A DNA stretch of 64,000 nucleotides from an uncultured Nitrososphaeraceae archaeon (GCA_963729045.1 CAVSMN010000018.1:64001-128000); one strand, 5' to 3'; numbered from the stretch's first letter, positions 22,810 to 33,534 are shown. Notes: generated by a model from the letters alone, not told the origin. A program made the numbers and translations.

Positions 22810-22924
22810 CGAAAAAGGACTACAGGCCGCCGACAAAGAAACACGTAAGAGAGTATCAAGAGAAGACGATAAATCTTGATTAAATTTCCTGCCAATCTTT
22901 TATTTCGATACTATCAATAATATC

Positions 22925-22970
22925 AGTTCTAATCCGTGCGGATTAAGTTCCATGTGGTAGTATGTTCTAG
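22925..22970 (+). repeat. Dispersed double-hairpin repeat, copy 3
   Basis: AGTTCTAATCCGTGCGGATTAAGTTCCATGTGGTAGTATGTTCTAG. Confidence 0.8.
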
Positions 22971-23201
22971 TACGACTTAATAGTAATCAATTTCAAAGTG
23001 GATTAGTTTACCATGTATATGAAATTCCCAGACCAAGTGCTCTGTTACAATATCCGTTTCATTAATGGTAAAAACATCTAGTATTTCTCCTGCTGGTATC
23101 TTAATTACTCCAAAGCCAATATATGGTAGAATGGGTTAAAATTCATATCCGGCATAAGAATCTTGTTGGAATAGATATTTGGGCATGATGATAGAAAGAC
23201 C

Positions 23202-23588
23202 TTAAGGGGTAAATTTGACTTTTAATTCATTATTGTCGTTAATGACCTGATACGTTTGCATATTGTTTGTCCTAACAAATGAGATCATTTCTCCAGCTTT
23301 TACGAAATAATCTTGTATATTTTCTGGTAAGGAACTCATATCCATTCCAGCCATTATGGGATCACTTAGCTTTTGACCAGTAACGATATCGAAGGTGGCA
23401 TAATGCAATGAGCAAGATATTATTTTCTTTTCACCATTAATTCGAATTTGGCCCTTAGACATAGGGGTATTCATATGTCCACAACGTTCTTCAATTGCAT
23501 AGAACTGTCCATCAATATTTACAAGTGCTATCTCTTTTCCACCAATGTCTATGTGCTTCATTGATTGAGGAGGAATTTCGTTTGCCAA
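23202..23588 (-). CDS. Rieske [2Fe-2S] ferredoxin
   Basis: CGH...CSLH ligand motifs, FDIVTG. Confidence 0.88.
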   Translation of the reverse strand: MANEIPPQSMKHIDIGGKEIALVNIDGQFYAIEERCGHMNTPMSKGQIRINGEKKIISCSLHYATFDIVTGQKLSDPIMAGMDMSSLPENIQDYFVKAGEMISFVRTNNMQTYQVINDNNELKVKFTP

Positions 23589-24056
23589 TGCAACTTTGAC
23601 TAAATCATTTTCAACGTTCGTGATCTAAGTAAACACAGATTTACATATAAAGTTATCGTATGTCCGATATATTACCATTTTCCGATTATTTACAATGAAT
23701 TTCTAAATTGTATCTTAAAACAAGCTTGTCAAATATTTCTACATCCCATAACTTGCAAATTCCTTATTAAAATATTCTAAGCGTTCTAGATTGTTTTGTT
23801 GTCGATCTAGTGATTTCTTTGGTTTAATGTCATTATTTTTTTAGTTAATTCTATTTGTTTGATAATTTAAAAAAATTTAGTTCCAAATCAGTAAGCGGAT
23901 CTGGTTTGAGACTGTTAATACTTCTTTTACTACCACTATTTTCCAAGCCAGCAACAAGTATAATAATAAAAATTAAGTGGGAGTTAATTGTGTTAGATAG
24001 CTTTGTTCCCTGGTTCGCAAACTAAAATTAAAAGTCTTTGGATCTTGGACAGTGTT

Positions 24057-24479
24057 TATACGGTAAAAATTAGTGGTGATGAAACCCAAGGGAGATATAG
24101 TGTATGAGAAATTGAAGTAGCTCTCCGTAATGGGTCTTCACCTCATAAACATTTAATGGAGGATGAGGCATACTATGTTTTAGATGGAGATTTTTCATTT
24201 CTGTATGGCGATAAAGAGACAAGGGCTGGTAAGGGACAGTTCATATATGTTCAAAGATGGAAGTTTCACACTTACAAGAATATTGGTAGCTCTTCTGAAA
24301 AGTTGTTATTAATTATCACTCCACCACAATTTGAAAAATTCTTTGAAGAAATTGGAATACCAGTTAAAGACAAATTATCATTTCAAACTCCCCAGATAAC
24401 GCCTGCCATTATTGAAAATGTTGTAAAAGCGGCAGCAAAGTATGGCGTTGAAATAAAAATACAGGCAATTGACCAATAA
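24057..24479 (+). pseudogene. Cupin (quercetinase-like) with an in-frame TGA and decayed N-terminus
   Basis: YTVKISGDETQGRYSV*EIEV..PHKHLMEDEAYYVLDG..HTYKN; TGA at 24105-24107 is in frame with ATG 24156. Confidence 0.75.
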
Positions 24480-24892
24480 ACCTCTATGTATGATCTTGCT
24501 TTGAAATGACGTTTCAATCAGTCATTATTTTCCAAATTCCTACTCTTCCCCTTGGTGTTATTCTGCCTGTTTGATTTCTTCAATTCGTTTGGTTGATACT
24601 GAATTTTGTTCTATCATTGAGCATATTTACAATTCCATTCACGAGTCGATTGGTCAAATTCAAATTGATACCCGTGGCTTCTGTAAGACCTTGACGTTTC
24701 TGTTGTAATGATATCCAAACAATTTAAGCTACCGTTTGATATGCTTTAGAATTTCATTAATCTGATCAAAACAAGATTTTGGGATCCATCTTATAATAGT
24801 AATATCACCAAATATTATCTACTACTTCTTTGAAGTGTTTTTATCATCTCCAGAGCCGTCACCTATGCCGGTGCCATAATCGACTACTTTAT

Positions 24893-26101
24893 CTAATTTT
24901 CTGCCAACTTGTTCTTAAATGATTTTTTCAACCAGATTGGAGTAATTATTGTAGTGGTAGCCACCATAATAATTATTGATGTATAGATATCTGTAGAGAG
25001 TACTCCCGATGTTACCCCTACACCGGCCACAATCAATCCGACCTCACCACGAGATATCATCCCTATCCCCACTCTCATCGATCCTTGTTTATCCTTAAGA
25101 AATATCAGAGATGGTAACCCACATCCGACTAACTTTGTGGAAATTGCTATTGCTATGATTATTCCAGAAATTATCAAAACATCTATATTAACACCTCTTA
25201 GATCAACTTGAGCACCTATAATTGCAAAAAATAGAGGTGCAAAAATAAATTGTAATTTGTGAGCATATTCTTCAACTTGTTTGACTAACTTAGTGCTAGC
25301 TACGGCCATTCCTGCAGCAAATGCACCTACAATCGGAGATAGACCTACATAGGCGGCAAGACCTGCAATACCAAAGAAAATGGCTGTAGTAATTCCTTCT
25401 ATACTACCTTTTGACCTCCACAATTTTTCTCTATGCAATATTCTTGGAATGAGAAAGATAGCACCAATGAGTAACACTGCAAATAACCCAAGGATTTTAA
25501 GAATTATGAATGCGATATCCATTATTTGAGGTGTAGTGTTACCTGATTGAACCATAGTAACAACAACTGATAATATGGCTATCGCAAGGATATCGTCGAC
25601 TATTGCTGCTCCAAGTATAAGTCGAGCCTCTTTTGATTGCATCCTTCCTAATTCGGTTAATACCTGAATAGAAATCGCTATACTTGTAGCTGTTAATGCC
25701 GTGGCTATGAGTAGTGTTTCAAATGAATCGAAGCCATATATTGAAAGAACTACAAATCCAACAGAGAATGGCACGATTACACCTAATGCGCCAACTGTAA
25801 ATGATGCCATTCCACCTCTTAGAAACTCTCTTGGTGTAATCTCAAGTCCCGCAATAAACAAGATTATGATGGCAGCTAATTCTCCGATATATTTGATGGT
25901 TTCATCAAGCACCACCAAAGGTTCACCTCCAAATAACGGGAGTCCACCCAAAGCATAGGGGCCAACAATTATGCCTGCTAATAATTCACCTAATACAACC
26001 GGTTGCTTTATCCGTTGGAATATTTCTGCAAATATTTTGGCAGAAAATAGAAGAATAGAAAGAGAAATGATAATATGAATAAAGACAGATTCAGATGCCA
26101 T
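24893..26101 (-). CDS. Cation:proton antiporter (CPA2, NapA/KefB-like)
   Basis: GELLAGIIVGP, ATSIAI, AAIVDD, SRGEVGL. Confidence 0.93.
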   Translation of the reverse strand: MASESVFIHIIISLSILLFSAKIFAEIFQRIKQPVVLGELLAGIIVGPYALGGLPLFGGEPLVVLDETIKYIGELAAIIILFIAGLEITPREFLRGGMASFTVGALGVIVPFSVGFVVLSIYGFDSFETLLIATALTATSIAISIQVLTELGRMQSKEARLILGAAIVDDILAIAILSVVVTMVQSGNTTPQIMDIAFIILKILGLFAVLLIGAIFLIPRILHREKLWRSKGSIEGITTAIFFGIAGLAAYVGLSPIVGAFAAGMAVASTKLVKQVEEYAHKLQFIFAPLFFAIIGAQVDLRGVNIDVLIISGIIIAIAISTKLVGCGLPSLIFLKDKQGSMRVGIGMISRGEVGLIVAGVGVTSGVLSTDIYTSIIIMVATTTIITPIWLKKSFKNKLAEN

Positions 26102-26212
26102 CGACTACAAATATCCTAGAATATTTTCATTATAATAATATAACAGTAAAGTAGATTGCTTTTCTTAATTGTACCCAACGAACTAATTCTACATACACGA
26201 TGCTTAACAATC

Positions 26213-26650
26213 TTAGAACAAATTTTTTGGTATATCATCCAAATCGTAGTAGTAACCTAATATGTTATCAACCGTGTGTTCTAGCTGAGTATTACTGTTT
26301 ATTAGAACGAATATAGTTTTCTCAAATTCATAGATTTTTAGTATTCGTAAATTTTCATATTCTAAAACTACCCATTTTAATCTTCCAAGAATATTGTTAT
26401 TTACTACTGCTGCATGTGGTATTTTTTCTGTTTGAGGTGTTTTATCATCTCTGACGTGGTTAAGGTTCAGCCCTAAAGCTGGGACTATTGCAGAATCAAC
26501 ATAGTTTTTATCAATGCGGGAATTCTCGGCAATATACAATTCTTTCATTTGAGAAGATACCATAATAAAAACAGCCAAAATGTCATCGTCAACTTCTACT
26601 AGATGCCTTATTTTATCGTAGTTTTTATTTTCCACATCATATTCTTTCAC
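26213..26650 (-). CDS. Hypothetical protein
   Basis: 145-aa ORF in line with the antiporter gene. Confidence 0.65.
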   Translation of the reverse strand: MKEYDVENKNYDKIRHLVEVDDDILAVFIMVSSQMKELYIAENSRIDKNYVDSAIVPALGLNLNHVRDDKTPQTEKIPHAAVVNNNILGRLKWVVLEYENLRILKIYEFEKTIFVLINSNTQLEHTVDNILGYYYDLDDIPKNLF

Positions 26651-26998
26651 TGATTTAGTATGAAATTAGACGAATAAATCATTTTAATTCAAAATCTCTG
26701 AATCACAGTCGGAAAGAAAAATTATTTCTTGTTATAACATGCTTGACTCAAAAAAATTATGAATTTCCTTAACTTAATTTCTAAACTACTTTTTTTCCAG
26801 ATAAATAGATTAATTTTCAGATGTATAAAGGAAAGAATTACAAACTATTGAAGCAAGTAGGTCCCTAGTTTAGTAGGTACTTTGATTTGCTTGCAATAAA
26901 ATGAATGGATTATCAAAATAAAAAGCAATCATCCATAAAAAATCATCTTTGAAAACCAAAAGATATCTGGTTTAATAACCAAAGCAGGATTATATCCC

Positions 26999-27367
26999 TT
27001 ATTCTGGTTTCTTTGCATAATCTCCCATACCAGTAAAGTCAATAGAAACACAGGGTTCATCTCCTACTACCCAAGCATCGTGCCCTGGTGGGATTACTGC
27101 GGTATCTCCGGGTCCCCCTTCAATTTCGGTTCCATCATCCATTCTTACTTTCATCCTTCCGGAGATAATTACTGAAGTATGCGGAGCCTGACAACTATTT
27201 GTGTTGACTAATGGTTTTACACATTTCCCCCAACTCCAACCTGGCTCGAGGATTGCTCTACCAATTATGACATTGCCTAAGTTTACAATCTCAACTTTTC
27301 CCTTTTCAAAGGTTCTTACTTCATCAGGAGAGTCGAAATTTTTTGCTAGTAATTTTGTTGTTGACAT
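26999..27367 (-). CDS. Cupin domain protein
   Basis: PGWSW..CQAPH..ISG..IPPGHDAWVVGDEP. Confidence 0.9.
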   Translation of the reverse strand: MSTTKLLAKNFDSPDEVRTFEKGKVEIVNLGNVIIGRAILEPGWSWGKCVKPLVNTNSCQAPHTSVIISGRMKVRMDDGTEIEGGPGDTAVIPPGHDAWVVGDEPCVSIDFTGMGDYAKKPE

Positions 27368-27410
27368 TTTATTATCAAAAGTAGGTTTGTAATGCTTTGA
27401 TTATAAGCAT

Positions 27411-27443
27411 TATTCCATATCTATTCCAAATTTATTCCAAATT
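27411..27443 (-). promoter_or_regulatory. Triple 11-bp direct-repeat box upstream of a TATA-like element (cupin promoter)
   Basis: TATTCCATATC TATTCCAAATT TATTCCAAATT; minus-strand CTTATAA at about 27401-27407. Confidence 0.7.
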
Positions 27444-27619
27444 TTTGAATAACTCCAATTATTTGTATAGTACAAAATGATCTTGTCATGTCAAAAAGTA
27501 TCGATATACTAGCTTCCATTCAATGTATGTATGTATAAAGCCAACATAAACAAGAATATTTCACAGATTGTTACTATATTAGTAACTGTAATGGATTGAC
27601 TAAATCTACAATTTTTTTC

Positions 27620-28273
27620 CTATTGAACTTTGAGTTCTGCACTACCAAATAGAACCGAAAATGCCTTACACCATATCAGGGCGGTGTCATATTTTGACAA
27701 GTCAGTACCAGGAGGAATATCATAATTTTGATTTCCATTATTAGCTTTTAGTTTCCCAAGATTTACAAAATCTAATGCATTCTTATCTGTTGATAAATAA
27801 ACATACAGATCAGGTCCATTTGTTACCTTTAGATTTTCTAATCTAAGTACATTTGTATCGTCCTGGAGGGGAATAATTTTTGCTATGCCCTCTGCATTGT
27901 GAATTCCATCGTTAACACCGGTAAATACACCTGAAATTAGTGGTTGATTTGGATCAAATGAAGTAACAGTTTTATTTATAGATTCATCAATTTTGTTGTT
28001 ACTGCTATCATTGCTTGAATTGGCATATTGAATCATCAGTTGGTTTTTCTGAGAATTGCTCATATTCTCTGCGGCTCTGACCCTTTCATCCTCGCCCATT
28101 TTGCTATACTTCTCAAAAGATATTGAAGAAGCGGAATTGGTAGGAAATTGCTCATTTATTTCTGTTGATATGAACAATGGCGAAGCTAGATAAACTGTTA
28201 TCATCAAGGCAACTACACCAATAGTTAGATAAGTAATTTTCTTAAAAATAGGGTAATGTCCATTACCATTCAT
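27620..28273 (-). CDS. Membrane-anchored DM13 domain protein
   Basis: HNAEG, NGPDLYVYLS, LGKLKANNGNQNY, IWCKAFSVLFG; N-terminal TM. Confidence 0.92.
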   Translation of the reverse strand: MNGNGHYPIFKKITYLTIGVVALMITVYLASPLFISTEINEQFPTNSASSISFEKYSKMGEDERVRAAENMSNSQKNQLMIQYANSSNDSSNNKIDESINKTVTSFDPNQPLISGVFTGVNDGIHNAEGIAKIIPLQDDTNVLRLENLKVTNGPDLYVYLSTDKNALDFVNLGKLKANNGNQNYDIPPGTDLSKYDTALIWCKAFSVLFGSAELKVQ

Positions 28274-28306
28274 AAAGAATAGATTAGATTGAAAGACTAT
28301 AAAGGA

Positions 28307-28339
28307 TCTTCCATATTAGATCCAAATCTGTTCCAAATA
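28307..28339 (-). promoter_or_regulatory. Triple 11-bp direct-repeat box (DM13 promoter)
   Basis: TCTTCCATATT AGATCCAAATC TGTTCCAAATA next to minus-strand TTTATAG (28297-28303). Confidence 0.65.
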
Positions 28340-28468
28340 TTAGTTTTGGTATTCTGATAATTTTATGTGCAAGTCAGTGAGTCATAATGATGCAAAAACA
28401 AGATCTTAAAAATTGAACTGAAAGGAAAGATATGATATACTTTTGTTGAATTTTAGATAGTGTAGGTT

Positions 28469-29686
28469 TTACCCAAATGTAAATGTATATATCTGAAATC
28501 CTTTGCCTTTCACATCAATCATTATTGATCTTGGCTCATAGTCGTCATAAAGCCCTACATTATATAGCCTTTGTTTGTCGACTATAACGTTTCCATCTTT
28601 TTGGACATCAATAGCATGATTATCAATGCCTATTTTTGACAGGTTGCTTTCTAAGATAGATACTTGTTGACCATTACCTGATGCAACAATGTTGATCGCT
28701 TTTGCATAATAGGTCAGAATGATTTTACCATCATCACTAATTAATTCCATATTGTCTTTATTGTTCTTCCAAATTCCATCAAAGTAAACGATATTAGGTT
28801 CTAAAGACGTTTTATTTGGATCAAATTTGTAGTCGACTGATTCATCCGGTTGGAAGCTCTCTATATTACCTAATGGAGATCTGGCTGTGGAATATCCAAG
28901 ATAAATTTCAGGGGAGAGATTTTGATTAGGGTCAACATAATCAAGGCTACCCGAAGTCATACTAGACAACATTGATTTGTTTAGGTTAAACGTTATTTCG
29001 GTCTTATTTTCTAAAGAAGCCTTTTCTGCAAGCAGTGTTTGAATGGTCTTTTCGGTCTCATTATAGCCGCCTTCTCCAATGTGATCATCTCTAATATATC
29101 CCTGAGAATCTATTAGATAGTGCCTTGGCCAATAATTATTGTTATAAGCATCCCATGTCTTGTGTTCGCTATCGAGGACTATAGGGTATTTGATACCAAA
29201 CTCTTTTACTGCATCCTGTACATTCTCTAGATTTTTTTCAAAATCAAACTCTGGTGAATGTACTCCTACAATAACAAAACCCTGGTCTGAATATCTATCA
29301 TACCAATCGTTAAGGTATGGAATAGTTCTAATACAGTTTATACAAGTATACGTCCAAAAATCCAAAAGTACTACCTTGTTTCTTAAATCAGACAGTTTTA
29401 CAGGTTGATTGTTTGCTGTATTTATATAAGAATCAATTCCGGTTAACTCAGGAGCCTTAACAAACCCACTCTTGTCTATGCTTGTAAAAGCGGTTTTATT
29501 TAACTTTAAGGTTACCAAATCACCACTCTTAATTAATGACTTGTCGACTATGTCTTCTAATTGTTTTTGTTGTAAATAGCTTTGAGAGGTATTTATATAA
29601 AAGTTAAAATAAATACCAAAGCCAGTAATTAACGAGATTACCGCCAAGGCAGTAAGAATTGCACTGATATTGTCTTTGTTCATCAT
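28469..29686 (-). CDS. Membrane-anchored thioredoxin-like protein (DipZ C-terminal type)
   Basis: DFWTYTCINC, VHSPEF, NNYWP, GEGGY, PEIYLG, terminal YTFTFG. Confidence 0.9.
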   Translation of the reverse strand: MMNKDNISAILTALAVISLITGFGIYFNFYINTSQSYLQQKQLEDIVDKSLIKSGDLVTLKLNKTAFTSIDKSGFVKAPELTGIDSYINTANNQPVKLSDLRNKVVLLDFWTYTCINCIRTIPYLNDWYDRYSDQGFVIVGVHSPEFDFEKNLENVQDAVKEFGIKYPIVLDSEHKTWDAYNNNYWPRHYLIDSQGYIRDDHIGEGGYNETEKTIQTLLAEKASLENKTEITFNLNKSMLSSMTSGSLDYVDPNQNLSPEIYLGYSTARSPLGNIESFQPDESVDYKFDPNKTSLEPNIVYFDGIWKNNKDNMELISDDGKIILTYYAKAINIVASGNGQQVSILESNLSKIGIDNHAIDVQKDGNVIVDKQRLYNVGLYDDYEPRSIMIDVKGKGFQIYTFTFG

Positions 29687-29712
29687 TTAATCATTCCATC
29701 TCCTCATCAGCA

Positions 29713-30573
29713 TTAACTGCCAATCAGCTGTCCAACAAATGGAATATTAATGAGAAGTGTCAATTGATTGAAAAATATCAATAGTCCTATTACTATTAGA
29801 ATACTCCCCATTATGAGATTGAAATATTTCAAATGTTTTGTCAGCTTCTTGATTACTCCTGTAGCTTGTGAAAAGAACGCCCCTGTAATTAAGAACGGAA
29901 TTCCTAAACCTAATGAATATGCTAATAACAGGTTATAAGCTGTTCCAGGGTTTGTGGCAGCTAATGTAAAAGTGCTCCCCAAGATAGGTCCTACACAAGG
30001 GGTCCATCCCGCAGCAAATGCTATACCAAATACAAAAGAGGTGATATAACTTGTCTTGAATTTAGGAATTTTAGTAAACTTTCTTTCCATATTAAGTCGA
30101 CTTATTTTTAAAGAAAGAATCAAATTTGCTCCAAATGCGATAATAACAATTCCTCCTATGTAAGACAAATATTGTTGAAAATTGTATCCAATGGTTGTGG
30201 CAAAAATGCTATTCAGAATGACACCCAATACTGAAAATACGAGTGAAAATCCCAGTACGAAATAAATTGTATTTATAAAAATATTTAGCCGTACCTTTTT
30301 TGAAACAAATATTATTTGATTACTATTTGGACTTTTATTTTCTTGGCTACCTTGGACTTTTTGTATGTCATCATTTGTTGCCTCTCTAATTGATGAGCTG
30401 GACAGATAAGACAAAAATCCAGGAATGATGGGCAAAATACATGGAGATAAGAATGAGCCCAATCCAGCAAGGGCAGAAAGCAAAATGGGAGTTTCTATTG
30501 TCAATCGAACATTCCCAACCTTCTTTTCTTTGTATAGTCTGTGGTTGCAATTACAATTGTCAATGCAATACAA
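29713..30573 (-). CDS. ccdA: CcdA/DsbD-like disulfide-exchange membrane protein (true start probably near 30504-30513)
   Basis: SFLSPCILP and WTPCVGPILG conserved Cys motifs; YSLGLGIPF. Confidence 0.9.
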   Translation of the reverse strand: MYCIDNCNCNHRLYKEKKVGNVRLTIETPILLSALAGLGSFLSPCILPIIPGFLSYLSSSSIREATNDDIQKVQGSQENKSPNSNQIIFVSKKVRLNIFINTIYFVLGFSLVFSVLGVILNSIFATTIGYNFQQYLSYIGGIVIIAFGANLILSLKISRLNMERKFTKIPKFKTSYITSFVFGIAFAAGWTPCVGPILGSTFTLAATNPGTAYNLLLAYSLGLGIPFLITGAFFSQATGVIKKLTKHLKYFNLIMGSILIVIGLLIFFNQLTLLINIPFVGQLIGS

Positions 30574-30626
30574 ATCAAAAAGTTTTTGTTCATGGAAACA
30601 CTAGTCATAAAAATGCATTAATAGTT

Positions 30627-30659
30627 ATTTCCAGATCTATTCCAGATCTATTCCAGATC
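30627..30659 (-). promoter_or_regulatory. Triple 11-bp direct-repeat box (ccdA promoter)
   Basis: ATTTCCAGATC TATTCCAGATC TATTCCAGATC. Confidence 0.75.
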
Positions 30660-30764
30660 TTGTTTGACAAAAATGATTTGATTTTATTTAAAGGATTGGT
30701 GAGTTATATACTACTGCTAAAAAACAACAATCCAACAACGAGAATAGTTGAATGACTCGGCAAT

Positions 30765-31052
30765 TTATTCCAGAGTTATCTTTAGGAATATGATTAAGCC
30801 CGCCATTTCAGCAATGGAAATAGTAAGTAGATAAGGTACAAGTAAATCAGAAAATAACATTGACATGGTAATGTACGAATAAACAGATATTATGCTATTT
30901 ATCATAAGCAAGCTGCAAAAGAAGATCAAGCCTAAGGTAAAGTTGGCTCTGCTGTTTAGGTATATTTTTGCAAATGTAAATACCAAAGCACCTAGCAATC
31001 CCAAATTTACCATATTAATAAGTGCATTGATTGTACCCATCCAAACGTCCAT
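30765..31052 (-). CDS. Three-TM membrane protein next to the wHTH regulator
   Basis: 95 aa hydrophobic; FTLGLIFF motif. Confidence 0.75.
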   Translation of the reverse strand: MDVWMGTINALINMVNLGLLGALVFTFAKIYLNSRANFTLGLIFFCSLLMINSIISVYSYITMSMLFSDLLVPYLLTISIAEMAGLIIFLKITLE

Positions 31053-31096
31053 TTAACTAAATCGTATGTAAATGCAGTGTAAGTATTTATTTATTT

Positions 31097-31118
31097 ATTT
31101 CCAGATCTATTCCACATT
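31097..31118 (-). promoter_or_regulatory. Double 11-bp direct-repeat box (membrane protein promoter)
   Basis: ATTTCCAGATC TATTCCACATT. Confidence 0.65.
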
Positions 31119-31123
31119 CTAAT

Positions 31124-31435
31124 CTAGGATTTGTTTTTTCTGGATTTTTGTATTTTATCTTTTACTTCTTTAAAAGCCTCCATGTTTACCTCTAAATAAG
31201 TTGATATAAAGTACAAAATACCATATTTTTCTCCTTCCTTTGTAATTAGATTATTTTTTTCTAAAACGTGTATATGGTGTTGTATAGCCTTGTAGTCAAT
31301 TTTGATAATATCCGATAATTGATTGATATTGTATGGTTGTTCAATTAGCAATTCTATTATAGATATTCGATTCATGCCACCCCTTGACCCTGCAAATAAA
31401 AACCAAAACAGTTTCTTAGCGTTAGGGTCGGCCAT
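31124..31435 (-). CDS. Archaeal ArsR-like winged-helix regulator
   Basis: LFWFLFAGSRGGMNR..PYNINQLS..DYKAIQHHIHVLEKNNLI..YG..YF. Confidence 0.88.
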   Translation of the reverse strand: MADPNAKKLFWFLFAGSRGGMNRISIIELLIEQPYNINQLSDIIKIDYKAIQHHIHVLEKNNLITKEGEKYGILYFISTYLEVNMEAFKEVKDKIQKSRKNKS

Positions 31436-31521
31436 TATCCATCTTATTTTTGATTAAGCATCTAATAGATACTCTAGATAATAAGTTTGACATATTTAGT
31501 ATTGATAATCAAATTCAGATT

Positions 31522-31556
31522 AGAGCAGTTCTCATCCATGAGTATTGAGTTCCTTG
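31522..31556 (+). repeat. Dispersed repeat, copy 4 (3'-truncated)
   Basis: AGAGCAGTTCTCATCCATGAGTATTGAGTTCCTTG. Confidence 0.7.
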
Positions 31557-31636
31557 CAATAACAGAATCATGTATAAGCAATTTACAACTGATTTGACAT
31601 TAGGTTTTGGTCTAAAGTTTTAACCATGGCAAGTTA

Positions 31637-32626
31637 TTATCTAACCGCCAAAGCCCAAGGATGTTGTAAACGATATTCCTTAGGCCAAGGAATGTCTAAT
31701 ATATTCCACGATATTCCAGAATCTTCAGAGCAATATATACCTCTATTATTCAAACAATAGAATTCATCCTTGATCTTGGGATTAGATTGAAGAATAGAAA
31801 TTACTGTTCCCTTTGATTCAGGTAAACCACTATTAGACAAAACCCATTCTTGATTTTCTTCGTCAGAATCACGTCTATATACAAAAGTCTCTAGATCTTC
31901 TATGGCGTGTGACTTCCAAGCATTACTAGCTGCCGATACTATAATATTATAAGGGTTATCAGAATTTACTGCAACACTATAAAGATAAGTATGATTTTCT
32001 AGTCCCTTATTTAGTCTGTACCATGTATTTCCATAATCTCTGCTTTCAAAATATCCATCTCCTGCTGCTGAGTAGAGTCTTTGTGGGACCTTTTTATGAG
32101 TTCTTAATGTGTGAGTATCGTATGGCCCATCTTTTGCTTTGTCTATCCATGACTTTCCTCCATCAACACTCTTGATTAGTGCTCCTGCCTCAATTGCAAC
32201 GAAAATATATTCTTTATTATTTACATCAGGTTCTATCCAACGAACATGATGAGTCCACGGTCTTGGAGGGAATGACCAACTCGAAGATGAAGGCAATTTA
32301 TTAAATTCATCGATCTTTTCCCATGTATTACCTCCATCAATTGACGAATAAATTATACTTGGTTCCATTCCTACAAATAACTTGTCAAACCTCTTTTCAC
32401 CTTTTTCCATAGAGCGTGTAGCAAGAGACATAATGTTACAACCAGAGGTATTTAACGACGTTTTATTCCATGTATAGCCATTATCATCAGTTTTCCAAAG
32501 TCCATTATCAAAAGTACCACAATACGCCCTCTCAGAATTTTGCGAATCAAATGCCAGGCTGCTTGGATCCAACCCTTTCAAGTGTTCTTGAACTCTCCAT
32601 CCATCTTTTGAAGAATCCGCTACCAA
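31637..32626 (-). CDS. BNR/Asp-box beta-propeller protein (glycosyl hydrolase-like)
   Basis: Repeated S.DGG.TW Asp-boxes; WSFPPRPWTHHVR. Confidence 0.85.
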   Translation of the reverse strand: MVADSSKDGWRVQEHLKGLDPSSLAFDSQNSERAYCGTFDNGLWKTDDNGYTWNKTSLNTSGCNIMSLATRSMEKGEKRFDKLFVGMEPSIIYSSIDGGNTWEKIDEFNKLPSSSSWSFPPRPWTHHVRWIEPDVNNKEYIFVAIEAGALIKSVDGGKSWIDKAKDGPYDTHTLRTHKKVPQRLYSAAGDGYFESRDYGNTWYRLNKGLENHTYLYSVAVNSDNPYNIIVSAASNAWKSHAIEDLETFVYRRDSDEENQEWVLSNSGLPESKGTVISILQSNPKIKDEFYCLNNRGIYCSEDSGISWNILDIPWPKEYRLQHPWALAVR

Positions 32627-32995
32627 AAGTGAGTTTTGTAGCGAAGCTAAGACTAGTAGTCAACTATAATAATCATTATTGTTTCTAGATAACATTATTT
32701 AAGAATTAATTTTGAAGGTATATGAAATGCAAACTTGACGAGAAGATACTTTTATTCAATCATCGTCATAACTATTAGTTCGCATCATCCATTGAGAACT
32801 AGTAACAAATTTGACTATAAAATTGAGTTGGAATAAGATGTTGATAAGGTAGCAATTTAAGACTATCACGAACATACTAAATAAAAAATTTTAACTATTA
32901 AGCCAATGGTAAAATATCGATTAAATCTAAAATTAAGGATGATTGATTGACACTTTATCTATCAACCAAACTCTGCAGAGTACTACGGCAGATTA

Positions 32996-33220
32996 TTGGA
33001 AATATCAGACTATGCTGCAAAATATGAGGACGATAATATTATCATAGTGCCTGACTATACTAAAGTGCTACTAGCCTCTGTTACAGATCCAATCAAACAT
33101 GATAGGGAAGCAGAATGTTTTTTATCATATTCTGACAACGAAAAGATAGCTTATGCATATATAACAACATTCGAAAAATTATGGTTACTTCAGACCGTAA
33201 CGAGATTGGAGGTAAGATAA
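32996..33220 (+). pseudogene. Solo fragment of the TrmB/PLD-like kinase sensor domain
   Basis: IIIVPD..FLSYSDNEKIAYAYITTFEKLW resembles ILVID..FVTYSNSAPTVLSYVAIFDSIW in 6447..8162. Confidence 0.55.
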
Positions 33221-33534
33221 AATCTTTTACTACCCTAATATCAACTATCATTCTATTTCCTCTTTGGAGAAAATTATTGATCTTATACAGGATAGAATCA
33301 TTCCTTCCATCTAAATATTTCCTGTTTTATCATGAATGTTTCGAGAATCTTGTATATAAAACTAAATCGCAAATCTATATTTGGATGAATATGTCGATCT
33401 CACGAATTGAAGACTTTTGAAAATATCAGAATTTAATTATCTTGTTTTGCTTTACTTTACTGTACGAGTTCCTAAATATCTAAAGAGAAACTGAAATTTT
33501 TTAAATATGTAGTATTCTTAATATATTTCAGAAC

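Noticed and set aside
24105..24107. In-frame TGA as possible selenocysteine or read-through
   Set aside because: The surrounding N-terminus is decayed with no clear start; a TGG-to-TGA nonsense mutation is simpler
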